DNA of 64,000 nt from Obrimoposthia wandeli. Lineage: Eukaryota. The position numbers were made by a program, and so were the translations under genes. Below the pieces are notes generated by a model. It had not been told where the DNA came from, made no database searches, and worked only from the letters and a program-made list of their open reading frames with translations. Location of the stretch: assembly GCA_977020255.1 (NCBI GenBank), contig CDROCS010000506.1, positions 2,480,001 through 2,544,000 on the forward strand, written 5' to 3'. Position 1 is the stretch's first letter. Every line of letters begins with the position of its first letter. Positions 31,389 through 41,923 of the stretch are shown piece after piece.

Positions 31389-31910
31389 ATGGAGGCTAAA
31401 ATGAGTATGGCAACCAAAGTTGGCCAGTTTTTAGCGAGTCACAACATCGACTTTAGTTTAGTTAAACATCGTCACACCGCAAGCTCGTTTAATTCTGCCC
31501 TGTCTGCACACGTCCCGAGTTCACAAGTCGCCAAAGCGGTGATTTTGCGTGATATTGGTGGCGATTATTTAATGGCCGTTGTACCCGCAAACAAGCATGT
31601 ATTAATTGGTGAAATTAATCGGCAAACGGGTAAGCAATATTATTTATTGGCTGAGCATGAACTGGCAATACTGTTTCAAGATTGTGAGCCAGGGGCAATC
31701 CCATCATTAGGACAGATCTATGGTATGGATATGTTGGTGGACGATATGTTGTTCGAGCAAGACCAGCTATTTATGGAATCGGGCGATCATATGAATCTGA
31801 TTAATTTAGATAAACGCCAGTTTGGTAAAGCAATGGGTAGTTTACCGCATAGTCATATTAGCGGTTATAGCTTTAAAGAAGGTCCCTTGTTTGAACGTCG
31901 CGACCTTTGA
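31389..31910 (+). CDS. YbaK/ProX-family aminoacyl-tRNA deacylase
   Basis: QVAKAVIL, DCEPGAIP, ESGDH motifs. Confidence 0.8.
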   Translation: MEAKMSMATKVGQFLASHNIDFSLVKHRHTASSFNSALSAHVPSSQVAKAVILRDIGGDYLMAVVPANKHVLIGEINRQTGKQYYLLAEHELAILFQDCEPGAIPSLGQIYGMDMLVDDMLFEQDQLFMESGDHMNLINLDKRQFGKAMGSLPHSHISGYSFKEGPLFERRDL

Positions 31911-31963
31911 TTACAGAGGGCTGTAAAAACCAAGGTTAACAGAAGTAAAAAATCAACAGTAAC

Positions 31964-31993
31964 AAAAATGGGCACCTCTGAGGCGCCCATTTT
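31964..31993. terminator. Bidirectional terminator between ybaK-like gene and mscS
   Basis: AAAATGGGC-ACCTCTGAGGC-GCCCATTTT. Confidence 0.7.
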
Positions 31994-32028
31994 ATTATCG
32001 TTCACTCACTATTATCACCCGCTAACGA

Positions 32029-32868
32029 TTAGCTTGCAGGTGGTGTAGGGTTACCTTGTACATGCAAATCTAATTGTGGGTAAGGGATGGCAATACCGGC
32101 AGCATCAAGCGCTAATTTTAGCTCTTCTTGCATGCTGAAGTAAGCGCCCCAGTAATCGGCCGTTTTCACCCAAGGGCGCACTGCGAAATTAACTGATGAA
32201 TCCGCTAATTCTAGAATACCGACCGTGTAGTCAGGATCCTCTAGGGTAAATTCGTTGTTCTTGATCACCTCGATTAAGATCGCTTTCGTTTGCTTAATGT
32301 CCGCGTCATACGATACGCCAACCACAAGGTCTAAACGACGTTTACCCAGTGCCGAGTAGTTCGTAATTGTGCCATCCATGATTGCTGCATTTGGCGCAAT
32401 AATCACTTTATTATCAGGGGTGATTAAACGTGTTGAGAAAATAGTAATTTCATCAACTGTACCAGATACACCTGCGGCTTCGATGTAATCACCGATACGA
32501 CAAGGGCGGAAGATAACGATTAATACACCAGCGGCAAAATTCGATAATGAACCTTGTAGCGCAAGACCTACGGCTAAACCTGCGGCACCAATAACAGCAA
32601 CCAGTGATGCAGTTTGCACACCAAACTGACTTAGCGTTGCGATCACGGTGAAAGCAAACACCACACTCCAAGCCATGTTACCAATAAAAGACGCAACGGT
32701 TTTATCAATATTACGTTTAAGTAATAAGCCTGAGGTTATTTTTTTCATCACATTGGCAAGGTATTTACCAACGATAAAGATCACTAATGCCATCAGTATT
32801 TTGGTACCGTAAATGGTAGCAAGCTCTGGCGCTTGTACGAGTAATTGTTCGAGATATTCCATGGACAA
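32029..32868 (-). CDS. mscS: Small-conductance mechanosensitive channel
   Basis: GAAGLAVGLALQGSLSNFAAGV, TPDNKVIIAPN, IPYPQ motifs. Confidence 0.93.
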   Translation of the reverse strand: MSMEYLEQLLVQAPELATIYGTKILMALVIFIVGKYLANVMKKITSGLLLKRNIDKTVASFIGNMAWSVVFAFTVIATLSQFGVQTASLVAVIGAAGLAVGLALQGSLSNFAAGVLIVIFRPCRIGDYIEAAGVSGTVDEITIFSTRLITPDNKVIIAPNAAIMDGTITNYSALGKRRLDLVVGVSYDADIKQTKAILIEVIKNNEFTLEDPDYTVGILELADSSVNFAVRPWVKTADYWGAYFSMQEELKLALDAAGIAIPYPQLDLHVQGNPTPPAS

Positions 32869-33115
32869 ATTCCTATCATTTTGAATGTTAAATATGCGTA
32901 TACCTGCATAAGGTATTCTAGACTATATTAGTCAGCGTTTTTTGATATGTTACATTATTTCTAATACATGACAAAGCACAGTCTATTTAATGCGTTAAAG
33001 TGATGGTTTAGGTGCTTATATATGCGATAACTATATGCGATAAAAAAGCCGACAGGTTATTATCGACGTTTATTTCTGGCGATTTTTGGCGCTTACAGTG
33101 AACCATTATGGATGT

Positions 33116-33823
33116 TTATTGTTGGCGAGTTGCTTGCGCTTCAATCGTCACTGCATCATGACGCCAGTACTCCAGATCGCAATCCAATAATTGGCCATGT
33201 TGATCATAATTAACGCGTTCTATATACATAGCGGCGCAGCCTGACGTGGCACGTAATGGCGCCGCGGTATCAGCCACTAATGACGAAGAACGAATACGAT
33301 AATGAGTTTGTTGATAAAGGGTGTCGTAGTGTTGTTGATAGATATCGGTTAATGACGCCGACAGATCGTGACTCAGCAAATTAGGCAGCCGTTCAGGTAA
33401 CACATAATTAGTCACTAATACCACAGGGCGTTCATCTAAATAACGCAGGCGGTGAATACGGATCACGGCTGTCTGCGGTGCTATCTGTAATAACTCGGCA
33501 ATATGCTTATCGGCCGGCACTATCGTGGCACTGATTAATTCTGTTTTTGGTGTGCGTTGTTGGCTGAGGGCTAAATTATGAAAATTGGTGGTATTGGTCG
33601 GATCATAGCGTAATGGTGTTGGGGAAATAAACCAGCCGCGACGGTCTTCACGGTAAATCCGCCCTTCTGATTCTAATAACGATAATGCCTCACGCAGAGT
33701 CACGCGGGTGGTATTGAAATCCTCTGCTAGTTTACGCTCTGACGCTAACTTCTGTCCTGATGAAAATAATGAACCGGATTCTATCTGCAGTAAAATTTCT
33801 TGTTTTATTTTTAGGTATTGCAC
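33116..33823 (-). CDS. phnR: GntR/HutC-family phosphonate utilization regulator PhnR
   Basis: SERKLAEDFNTTRVTLREAL wHTH, UTRA domain ending EYWRHDA; located in the phn cluster. Confidence 0.85.
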   Translation of the reverse strand: MQYLKIKQEILLQIESGSLFSSGQKLASERKLAEDFNTTRVTLREALSLLESEGRIYREDRRGWFISPTPLRYDPTNTTNFHNLALSQQRTPKTELISATIVPADKHIAELLQIAPQTAVIRIHRLRYLDERPVVLVTNYVLPERLPNLLSHDLSASLTDIYQQHYDTLYQQTHYRIRSSSLVADTAAPLRATSGCAAMYIERVNYDQHGQLLDCDLEYWRHDAVTIEAQATRQQ

Positions 33824-33912
33824 AACAGCCTCTGATACTAGGAAATTAACCTGCTACTGGGTTATTGTTTTACACAATAGCAGATAGATGCTTAATTTGA
33901 CGTATTAGGTAA

Positions 33913-35631
33913 TTATTTTTGACGCCAAGCTTGGGTTCTTTTATTAATAAATGACGCGGCAATTAAGTGGATCACTTTCGCCAGTGCTGCGGTGACTAAG
34001 ATCATCACAGCCATCGCGGCTGCAGAACCTGTTTGTCCGGCATCATCCATGTTTAATACCGATACCGAGGCTGGAATTGTATCCGTCGCATATAAAAATA
34101 CCACGGCTGATGTAGTGGTTAATGCGTTGATAAACAAATAAGCGGCGATATCCATGATTGCTGGCGCACAAATCGGTAGGGTGATAACAAAGAATGATTT
34201 GTATTGTGGCATTTTAATGGAAGCTGAAATCGCTTCAATCTCTGCGGGCAATTGTTTTAACGCCGTTAATGCAGTCATGTGACCGACGGTGTAATAATGC
34301 ACCACGGTATTAATCACCAGTAATATCATGGTTGCATACAGGCCATTAAGTGGATTATTGATATCGTTGAAAAAGAAGATATAACCCAAACCTAATACGA
34401 TACCTGGTACGGCCATTGGAATAATGGTGATCATTTGCAGCAGTTGACGAATCGGACCAAAGCCACGGCCTTTTTCGATAACGTAAGCACCAATAAAGAT
34501 GATCACTGTACCGAATATAGCCACCCAAGTCGCTAATGTCAGTGAGTTAAAGTAAGGGCTCCAACCATAAGTACTGACTTCACTAAAATTATAATTGTTG
34601 AAACTTAAACTTAAGTTCCATGGCCAAAATGTCACGAATGACGCGTAGATTGCCATGCCAATAACAGCCAGGATTGCCAGCGCAATTGTGCTACAGAATA
34701 ACAAGCAAATACCATCACGTACTTTATGTGGTTTAGGGATGTAAGCAACAGAGCGTGAATCAAATAAATTTTGTTGTTTGCGTTGCACATGGCGGTCAAT
34801 TATAAACGCCAATACCGCAGGTAATAACAGCAGAACACTGGTTACCGCGCCCATGGCAAAATTTTGTTGACCTACTACTTGTTTGAAAATATCCGTTGCT
34901 AATACATTATAGCTACCGCCGATCACTTTTGGTACACCAAAGTCACAGACCACCAAGGTAAACACTAAGATCAAGGTGCTGATTACGCCATACTTTGCTG
35001 CCGGTAAGGTCACCATGAAAAATGTTTTAATTGGGTGGGTTTTTAATACGGTTGCGGCTTCATATAAACGTGCATCGGAAGTACGTAGCGCCGTGGTTAA
35101 GATCATCAATGCATGGGGGAAAGTCCAAAACGCCATGCCGATGGTAATACCGATAACCCCATAAATAGATGCGCCGCCCAGTAACTCTTTGGCAATACCT
35201 TGATTACCAAACAAGTAAATCAAGCTGATCGCAGGCAGTAATGACGGTGCTAAGATTGGTGCTGAACCGACAATTTGAAATAAGGTTTTAAAGGGCATGC
35301 AACTACGGGTTAACGCATAGGCATAACTGAAAGAGAGTACGCCGACAATCGCTGTTGTGATTAAACCAACGGTCACGGTATTGGCAATCGAGTGCAACAT
35401 GGCACTGGATTGGAAATATGCCGTGAAATTGCTTAACCCAATGAAGTTACCATTTAGATCTTGGACACTTTTAGCAAACATCGTCAACATAGGCGCAAGA
35501 ATGAAAAAGCCCATCAGCACGGTTAAAATAATTAAGATACCGCCCAGCAACGCGCTATCTCGACTAAATGACAGACTTAATCGTTGTAGATAGTTTGGCG
35601 TCGCCAGCTTTTTATTGATGCTTGTGTCCAT
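33913..35631 (-). CDS. 2-aminoethylphosphonate ABC transporter permease (fused double permease, PhnU2 type)
   Basis: 572-aa duplicated BPD_transp domains, LYEAA motif; cluster context. Confidence 0.85.
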   Translation of the reverse strand: MDTSINKKLATPNYLQRLSLSFSRDSALLGGILIILTVLMGFFILAPMLTMFAKSVQDLNGNFIGLSNFTAYFQSSAMLHSIANTVTVGLITTAIVGVLSFSYAYALTRSCMPFKTLFQIVGSAPILAPSLLPAISLIYLFGNQGIAKELLGGASIYGVIGITIGMAFWTFPHALMILTTALRTSDARLYEAATVLKTHPIKTFFMVTLPAAKYGVISTLILVFTLVVCDFGVPKVIGGSYNVLATDIFKQVVGQQNFAMGAVTSVLLLLPAVLAFIIDRHVQRKQQNLFDSRSVAYIPKPHKVRDGICLLFCSTIALAILAVIGMAIYASFVTFWPWNLSLSFNNYNFSEVSTYGWSPYFNSLTLATWVAIFGTVIIFIGAYVIEKGRGFGPIRQLLQMITIIPMAVPGIVLGLGYIFFFNDINNPLNGLYATMILLVINTVVHYYTVGHMTALTALKQLPAEIEAISASIKMPQYKSFFVITLPICAPAIMDIAAYLFINALTTTSAVVFLYATDTIPASVSVLNMDDAGQTGSAAAMAVMILVTAALAKVIHLIAASFINKRTQAWRQK

Positions 35632-35632
35632 G

Positions 35633-36748
35633 TTATACCTCTACCGCAGATGTATTGGTTGTTGCTGATTGATTTAATTTACGTGGGAAAATGTGGCTGA
35701 ATTCATTGCTATAACGAATGCGGCGAAACTCACCATTATTCAGCCCGAGCGATCTTACTTCACGAATTGGCACATCGATTTTAATCATCGGGGCATTCAT
35801 TTCCCCGATTAACTGACAATCGGTGCGCACATAAGTCCCTTGGAATTCCATCGCTTTTATTTGCACGGGTAAGTCTTGTTTGTCTTCACTAAATTGGATG
35901 TCTTCAGGGCGTACGGCCAAATCAAACAGGTCACCACGCTTTAAGGACTCTTTAGGTTTTGGCAGTAGGGTTTCGGCAATACGAATTTGCTCATCGCTGA
36001 CCACTGAACTGGCAATGAAATTCATGTTACCCACAAATTCGGCAACAAAACGCGATGCTGGTTTATCGTAAATTTCTTGTGGGGTACCGACTTGTTCAAT
36101 CACGCCGTGATTCATCACCACAATACGGTCAGCCATTGCTAAGGCTTCTTCTTGATCGTGGGTTACCATGATAGTGGTGATACCGAGCTTACGTTGTAGG
36201 GTGCGAATTTCTTCTCTTAAGTGAGAGCGTACTTGGGCATCGAGTGCTGAAAGCGGTTCATCGAGTAATAATAATCCGGGTGATAAAGCTAATGCTCTTG
36301 CCAGTGCCACACGTTGTTGTTGGCCACCGGATAATTGGCTTGGATATTTAGGTGCCGAATCGGATAAACCGATAATGCCAAGCCAGTGATTAACGATATC
36401 GACCGCTTCGGCGACTGATTTACCTTGGTTGTGTAAACCAACACTGATATTTTCGGCAACCGTTAAGTTGGGGAATAGCGCATAAGATTGAAATACAATG
36501 CCGAAATCACGTTTCTCTGGCGGTAAGAATGTGGTGTCTTTACCGTCTTGTAAAATAGACCCTGACGTTGCTAAGTCGAGGCCTGCAATGGCCCGAAGTA
36601 GGGTGGTTTTACCACAGCCAGATGGGCCTAAAAAGCAGATGAACTCGCCTTGATTGATCTGCAACGATATATCGTTTAATGCAGTGAAATTGCCGAATTT
36701 TTTAACAAGATTATTGATATTGAGATACGTGTTCATCTGACTACTCAT
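35633..36748 (-). CDS. 2-aminoethylphosphonate ABC transporter ATP-binding protein (PhnT2 type)
   Basis: GPSGCGKT, LSGGQQQR, LLLDEP, TOBE C-terminus. Confidence 0.9.
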   Translation of the reverse strand: MSSQMNTYLNINNLVKKFGNFTALNDISLQINQGEFICFLGPSGCGKTTLLRAIAGLDLATSGSILQDGKDTTFLPPEKRDFGIVFQSYALFPNLTVAENISVGLHNQGKSVAEAVDIVNHWLGIIGLSDSAPKYPSQLSGGQQQRVALARALALSPGLLLLDEPLSALDAQVRSHLREEIRTLQRKLGITTIMVTHDQEEALAMADRIVVMNHGVIEQVGTPQEIYDKPASRFVAEFVGNMNFIASSVVSDEQIRIAETLLPKPKESLKRGDLFDLAVRPEDIQFSEDKQDLPVQIKAMEFQGTYVRTDCQLIGEMNAPMIKIDVPIREVRSLGLNNGEFRRIRYSNEFSHIFPRKLNQSATTNTSAVEV

Positions 36749-36756
36749 AAGTAAAT

Positions 36757-36768
36757 TGGACTATACCA
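36757..36768. promoter_or_regulatory. PhnR (HutC-type) operator upstream of the ATPase gene
   Basis: TGGACTATACCA near-palindrome matching the TGGT(N4)ACCA HutC-family pattern; recurs at 38018 and 38240. Confidence 0.65.
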
Positions 36769-36786
36769 GTATGGTAGGCAGAGTAA

Positions 36787-36804
36787 GTGACAGTTTGATG
36801 ACAA
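36787..36804 (-). promoter_or_regulatory. PHO box (PhoB site), internal promoter before the ATPase-permease-phnR genes
   Basis: Minus strand TTGTCAT-CAAA-CTGTCAC versus consensus CTGTCAT-N4-CTGTCAY. Confidence 0.75.
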
Positions 36805-36977
36805 GAGGGGCTTTTTACGCAGGCTTTACATTTATTGTGGGTAATTTAAGGTATTAATTTCACAGCCGATGGCGGGGTTGTTTGAGGTGTTAATAATAGT
36901 CTGGAAACGACTAAGCTAGGCGTTATTTCTAACTCCTAGCTTGGTTATGTGTCACGCTTAAATTGTGTGGTTAGCGG

Positions 36978-37985
36978 TTATTTTGCTTCAGATTTTGAAT
37001 CAAACTTTTCTGACCAGGTATGTAATACTGCTTTACGGTCATCGGCCATTTTACCAAAGTCCATTGCGACCATCGCGTCTTGAACATTTGGATAGTTCGT
37101 CACGGCTTTGCTTACGTCTTTATGACCAACAAGCGCATATGATTCGTTATATAATTCGTTGGCTTGTTTTGAGATTGACCAATCAATAACACGCTTGGCT
37201 GCTGCTGATGGTTTTACCAGCCCTACTGCTTCTGATTCCCAACCGATACCGCCGTCTGGCAAGATCACATCAAGTGGCGCGCCTTGGGTTTTTAATTTAG
37301 CGCCACGTAATGCCATAGACACCCCGATAGCCACTTCGCCCATGCCTGCTTGTACACAAGGTTTCGAGCCAGAATGGGTGTAATGCGCAATGTTGTTATT
37401 CAGCTTGGTCATGTAGCTCCAGCCTTTATCTTCACCCATAGTTTGTAACCATGCCGATACTTGCATATAACCAGTGCCTGATGAGGCCGGGTTTGGCATT
37501 GCGATGTGACCTTTGTAAATGGGTTTAAGCAGGTCATCCCACGATGTCGGTTTTGGTAAGTTGTATTGTTTCGCGACGTATTCGTTAAAGCAGATGGCAT
37601 TGAACCAAGCGTCATTGCCATACCAGGCTTTGTTTTCTTCAGGGTCGATCATGCTAGTACGCAGGTTCTCGACACCTGCTGGTGAGTAAGGCTTTAGGAT
37701 ACCCGCGTTTTTAAGTAATGCCATTGATGAACCGGCTAGGCCCCAAACTACTTCTGCCCGCGGGTTATTTTTTTCGGCTAATAATTTTGCCGTCATGATG
37801 CCTGTTGAGTCGCGCACCCATTTGATATCGATATCTGGGTTTTCTTTTTCAAAGGCAATTTTATATTTTGCTAATACATCTGTTTCAAAGGCGGTGTAAA
37901 CCACCACGGCTTCTGCGGCAAATACTGGTGCAGTAAATAAAGCGCTTAGGGCAGCGATAGAACCTATCATCCAACGTTGTTTCAT
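36978..37985 (-). CDS. 2-aminoethylphosphonate ABC transporter substrate-binding protein (PhnS2 type)
   Basis: Signal peptide MKQRW..AVFA, VRDSTG, PNPASSGTG, HSGSKPC; start at 37985 rather than the 38216 ORF start. Confidence 0.88.
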   Translation of the reverse strand: MKQRWMIGSIAALSALFTAPVFAAEAVVVYTAFETDVLAKYKIAFEKENPDIDIKWVRDSTGIMTAKLLAEKNNPRAEVVWGLAGSSMALLKNAGILKPYSPAGVENLRTSMIDPEENKAWYGNDAWFNAICFNEYVAKQYNLPKPTSWDDLLKPIYKGHIAMPNPASSGTGYMQVSAWLQTMGEDKGWSYMTKLNNNIAHYTHSGSKPCVQAGMGEVAIGVSMALRGAKLKTQGAPLDVILPDGGIGWESEAVGLVKPSAAAKRVIDWSISKQANELYNESYALVGHKDVSKAVTNYPNVQDAMVAMDFGKMADDRKAVLHTWSEKFDSKSEAK

Positions 37986-38017
37986 TCGGTAACTCCAAAA
38001 ATTATTGACGGTTGATA

Positions 38018-38031
38018 CTGGTCTGTACCAG
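38018..38031. promoter_or_regulatory. PhnR operator upstream of the SBP gene
   Basis: CTGGTCTGTACCAG near-palindrome. Confidence 0.65.
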
Positions 38032-38061
38032 ATTTGTTGGGAATGATAATAGAGTTGTTTT

Positions 38062-38090
38062 ATGACAATAATATGACCGCTTAATGGCAG
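38062..38090 (-). promoter_or_regulatory. Extended PHO box (three 7-mers at 11-bp period)
   Basis: Minus strand CTGCCAT-TAAG-CGGTCAT-ATTA-TTGTCAT. Confidence 0.7.
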
Positions 38091-38239
38091 TTTTATTAAT
38101 TTATTTATCTTATCGATTCTTATAACGCCGACTCTTTCTCCGAATTTTTTCTCGAATGCTGGCGAATATGAAGCTTTTGTGAATTCTGCTGTTGGGCTAT
38201 TTACCCAGCTAGTCATCCACTGCTAGAGTTCTAATCAAC

Positions 38240-38251
38240 TGGTATAGTCCA
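38240..38251. promoter_or_regulatory. PhnR operator upstream of phnW
   Basis: TGGTATAGTCCA, exact reverse complement of the 36757 site. Confidence 0.65.
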
Positions 38252-38252
38252 A

Positions 38253-39371
38253 ATGGAAGCAGAGATGAAAAACGAATATTTATTACTAACACCGGGTCCA
38301 CTTTCTACTACAACAAGTGTACGAGAAGCCATGCTAAAAGATTGGTGTACTTGGGATGATGAATATAACAAAGACATTGTTGAAGTTATCCGAGCTAAGT
38401 TAGTGCAACTAGCAACCCCACAAGCGGGTTATACCAGTGTATTGATGCAAGGCAGTGGCACGGCATCAGTAGAAGCGACAATCGGCAGTGTCATTCCTGC
38501 TGATGGCAAACTGCTGGTGGTTGATAACGGTGCTTACGGTGCCCGTATCGCCCAGATTGCCGATTATTTAAATATTGCTTGTGACGTTATTGCCCCAGGT
38601 GAAACGGCGCAACCAAGTATTGCTGAAGTCGAAGCGAAATTAATCGCCGATGCCAGCATTACCCATGTCGCGATTGTGCATTGTGAAACGACAACAGGCA
38701 TGTTAAATCCGATTGATGAGGTTATTCAGCTAGCGAAACAGCACGGTAAGATCGTTATCTTGGATGCGATGTCGAGCTTTGGTGGCATCCCGCTGGATGT
38801 GGCTGAATTAGGCGTTGATTTCCTGATCAGTTCTGCCAACAAATGTATTCAGGGTGTACCGGGTTTTGGTTTTGTTATCGCCCGTCAAAGTGAATTGGAA
38901 AAATGCAAAGGACTAGCGCGCTCATTAACGCTGGATTTGTATGACCAATGGCATTGTATGGAAGCAAATGGCGGTAAGTGGCGCTTTACGTCACCGACTC
39001 ACACGGTACGTGCATTCTACCAAGCATTATTAGAGCTGGAAGAAGAAGGCGGCATTGTCGCGCGTCATCAACGCTATCAAGAAAATCAAACCACGTTAGT
39101 TGCGGGTATGGCGAAACTGGGTTTTGCTACGCTACTTGATGCGTCATTACATTCACCAATTATTACTTCGTTCTATTCTCCAACACACAGTGATTACCAA
39201 TTCAAAGCATTTTACGATTGCCTGAAAGAACAAGGTTTTGTTATCTACCCAGGTAAGGTATCCAACGCTGATTGTTTCCGTATTGGTAACATTGGAGATG
39301 TGCATCCAAGTGATATCCAACGTCTATTAGTGGCGATGAAAACAGCGAAGTATTGGGAGCTAACTGCATAA
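38253..39371 (+). CDS. phnW: 2-aminoethylphosphonate-pyruvate transaminase (probable start 38265)
   Basis: [42 protein letters not shown]. Confidence 0.95.
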   Translation: MEAEMKNEYLLLTPGPLSTTTSVREAMLKDWCTWDDEYNKDIVEVIRAKLVQLATPQAGYTSVLMQGSGTASVEATIGSVIPADGKLLVVDNGAYGARIAQIADYLNIACDVIAPGETAQPSIAEVEAKLIADASITHVAIVHCETTTGMLNPIDEVIQLAKQHGKIVILDAMSSFGGIPLDVAELGVDFLISSANKCIQGVPGFGFVIARQSELEKCKGLARSLTLDLYDQWHCMEANGGKWRFTSPTHTVRAFYQALLELEEEGGIVARHQRYQENQTTLVAGMAKLGFATLLDASLHSPIITSFYSPTHSDYQFKAFYDCLKEQGFVIYPGKVSNADCFRIGNIGDVHPSDIQRLLVAMKTAKYWELTA

Positions 39372-39483
39372 TTAATACCATGTTAAGACAATCGTTAACA
39401 CAGATATACACAATTATTCATACATAAATTAATGCAATTATGAATAACATTATTAATAAATAGTTACTTGGGAAAATATCATT

Positions 39484-40326
39484 ATGGCTAACATCGCACA
39501 AGATCAGTCAGTAAAGCTTAACCACGTTCAATCTGTCATTTTTGATTGGGCGGGCACTATCGTTGATTTCGGTTCATTTGCCCCAACGACTATTTTTATT
39601 GCCGCATTTAAAGCGCAGTATGATTTTGACATTAGCTTAGCAGAAGCGCGCGTGCCAATGGGGCTGGGTAAATGGGATCATATTAAAGCGGTATCGGAAT
39701 TACCGGCTGTCGCAGCACGCTGGCAGGCGCAGTTTGGCACTACTATCAGCAAGGCTGATATTGATGCGATTTATGACACATTCATGCCATTACAAATGGC
39801 TAAAGTAGGCGAACACGCAGACCCAATTCCGCATGCACTAGATGTGGTTAATGGGTTGAAGCAGCAAGGCGTTAAAATTGGTTCATGTTCTGGTTATCCA
39901 CGCGTGGTCATGGACAAGCTAATACCGATTGCGGCAGAGAAAGGCTATGTGCCAGATTGTGTTGTCGCAACGGATGATTTACCAGCGGGCGGTCGCCCAG
40001 CGCCTTACATGGTGCTTAAGAATGTTATTGATATGGCAGTGACGGATGTTGGCGCTTGTATCAAGGTTGATGATTCAGTTCCGGGTATTGAAGAAGGCCA
40101 TAATGCTGGCATGTGGACTGTGGGTCTATTGTTATCAGGTAATGAAGCCGGTTTAACACTCGCTGAATACCTTGCTGCAGACGACGCGACATTACACCAA
40201 GCACGTGAAAAAGCCCGTGACCGTTTTACCCCCTTTAATGCCCATTATTTGGTTGATACTATTGCGGACTTACCACAAGTCGTTGCCGATATTGATGCTC
40301 GTTTAGCCGCTGGCGAACGTCCATAA
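39484..40326 (+). CDS. phnX: Phosphonoacetaldehyde hydrolase
   Basis: HAD motif FDWAGTIVDFG, GKWDHI Schiff-base Lys, KVDDS. Confidence 0.95.
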   Translation: MANIAQDQSVKLNHVQSVIFDWAGTIVDFGSFAPTTIFIAAFKAQYDFDISLAEARVPMGLGKWDHIKAVSELPAVAARWQAQFGTTISKADIDAIYDTFMPLQMAKVGEHADPIPHALDVVNGLKQQGVKIGSCSGYPRVVMDKLIPIAAEKGYVPDCVVATDDLPAGGRPAPYMVLKNVIDMAVTDVGACIKVDDSVPGIEEGHNAGMWTVGLLLSGNEAGLTLAEYLAADDATLHQAREKARDRFTPFNAHYLVDTIADLPQVVADIDARLAAGERP

Positions 40327-40409
40327 TCACTAAACCTTAAACCTTAAACCTTGATAGCTAGCCACATGGTTAGCTATTTTTTTACATTAAAATAAAAACT
40401 ACACCGAGT

Positions 40410-41879
40410 GTGATCATGACTAAGCAGCCTGAGTTTCAACCTTTTTGGTTCCAGCAAGCAATGGATCTTGAAGCGGACTACCGCAATAATGTGCCTCCAC
40501 AAACGCTAACGGCAGATACTGTCGCCGACGTGTGTATTGTCGGTGGTGGTTATACAGGGTTATGGACTGCGATCCAGCTCAAACAGCAGCAACCAACACT
40601 GGATGTCATGATCATAGAGAAAAGTCTCTGTGGTAGTGGGGCATCAGGACGTAATGGTGGTTGCATGCTGACGTGGTCGACGAAGTATTTGTCGATGCAA
40701 CGTTTGTATGGTGAAGCGCAGGCGGTTGAGTTGGTCAAAGCATCAGAGCAAGCGGTGGATGAAATTGAAGCCTTTTGTTTAAAGTATCAAATTGATGCGG
40801 AGCTACGTCGTGATGGCACTTTGTTTACTGCCACCAATACCGCACAGACTGGTGGTTTAGACGCGACATTAGCGGCGTTAGATAAGCATGAATTAAACAG
40901 TTGGCAGGCATGGCAAGCGCAGAAAGTACAACAGCATGCGGGTTCTAAATTACACCAAGCAGGGCATTTCTCTCCGGTTGCGGCGAGCGTGCAACCGGGT
41001 AAATTAGCCCGTGGTTTAAAGCGTGTAGCCGAGCAACTCGGGGTGCGTATTTATGAAAATACCCCGATGTTAGCGATTAAGGATAATTCGCTAAACTCGA
41101 TTAACTTAAGCAATAGCACTCAGGACACCAAGCATAAAGTGGTGATTAATACCCCGCAAGGCACTATATATGCGACTAAATCAGTGATGGCGCTGAATGC
41201 TTGGATGTTAGAACAATTCCCGCAATTTAAAAATAAAATTGTAGTGGTGTCTTCAGACATGGCGATCACTAAACCGATACCTGAAAAGCTAGCTAAAATG
41301 GGCATAACTGACGGTAAAACGGTATTGGATTCTCGCACCTTTGTGCATTATTACCGCACGACGCCAGATGGTCGCTTGATGTTAGGTAAGGGCGGAAATC
41401 ATTTTTCTTATGGTAATACAGTGAGACCTTTATTTAACAAACCGACGCGTTATAGCAAGTTATTACGCGAGTCGTTTGATAAATTATTTCCGTCGCTGGT
41501 GGATGAAGAATTTGCAGTGACCTGGACTGGCCCATCGGATCGCTCTGCGACTGGCTTACCATTTTTCGGCAAAATTGAGGACTCTGGCAATATTTATTAT
41601 GGCTTTGGTTATTCCGGTAGTGGCGTTGGCCAAACTTGGATTGGCGGCAAGATCTTAGTCTCCATGTTGCTCGGCAATAATGATAAGTGGAGTAATAACG
41701 GTTTAACCACTGGGCCTAAGGGCAGCTTTCCACCTGAACCGGTACGTTGGATAGGTACTATGCTGGTGCGTAACGCCATTCGCCGTAAAGAACGTTGTGA
41801 AGATAATGAAACGACGCCTTTCTGGTTCGATAAGCAGTTGGCTAAGTTTGCTAACGCAGCCGGTAAAGCAGATAAGTGA
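40410..41879 (+). CDS. FAD-dependent aminophosphonate oxidoreductase (DAO family)
   Basis: IVGGGYTGLW, GASGRNGG, GYSGSGVG, PPEP; directly after phnWX. Confidence 0.8.
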   Translation: MIMTKQPEFQPFWFQQAMDLEADYRNNVPPQTLTADTVADVCIVGGGYTGLWTAIQLKQQQPTLDVMIIEKSLCGSGASGRNGGCMLTWSTKYLSMQRLYGEAQAVELVKASEQAVDEIEAFCLKYQIDAELRRDGTLFTATNTAQTGGLDATLAALDKHELNSWQAWQAQKVQQHAGSKLHQAGHFSPVAASVQPGKLARGLKRVAEQLGVRIYENTPMLAIKDNSLNSINLSNSTQDTKHKVVINTPQGTIYATKSVMALNAWMLEQFPQFKNKIVVVSSDMAITKPIPEKLAKMGITDGKTVLDSRTFVHYYRTTPDGRLMLGKGGNHFSYGNTVRPLFNKPTRYSKLLRESFDKLFPSLVDEEFAVTWTGPSDRSATGLPFFGKIEDSGNIYYGFGYSGSGVGQTWIGGKILVSMLLGNNDKWSNNGLTTGPKGSFPPEPVRWIGTMLVRNAIRRKERCEDNETTPFWFDKQLAKFANAAGKADK

Positions 41880-41923
41880 TCTAGCTGTGTTTCTAAAAAC
41901 TTTTTTACTAAATAGTTGTTAAT

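Noticed and set aside
37986-38216. 77-aa N-terminal extension of the phosphonate SBP in the ORF track
   Set aside because: It overlaps the PHO box and operator region, and the signal peptide begins at 37985.
40330-40352. TAAACCT x3 microsatellite after phnX, and a 13-bp-period duplication at 33019-33043
   Set aside because: Short intergenic slippage repeats with no evidence of phase-variation relevance.
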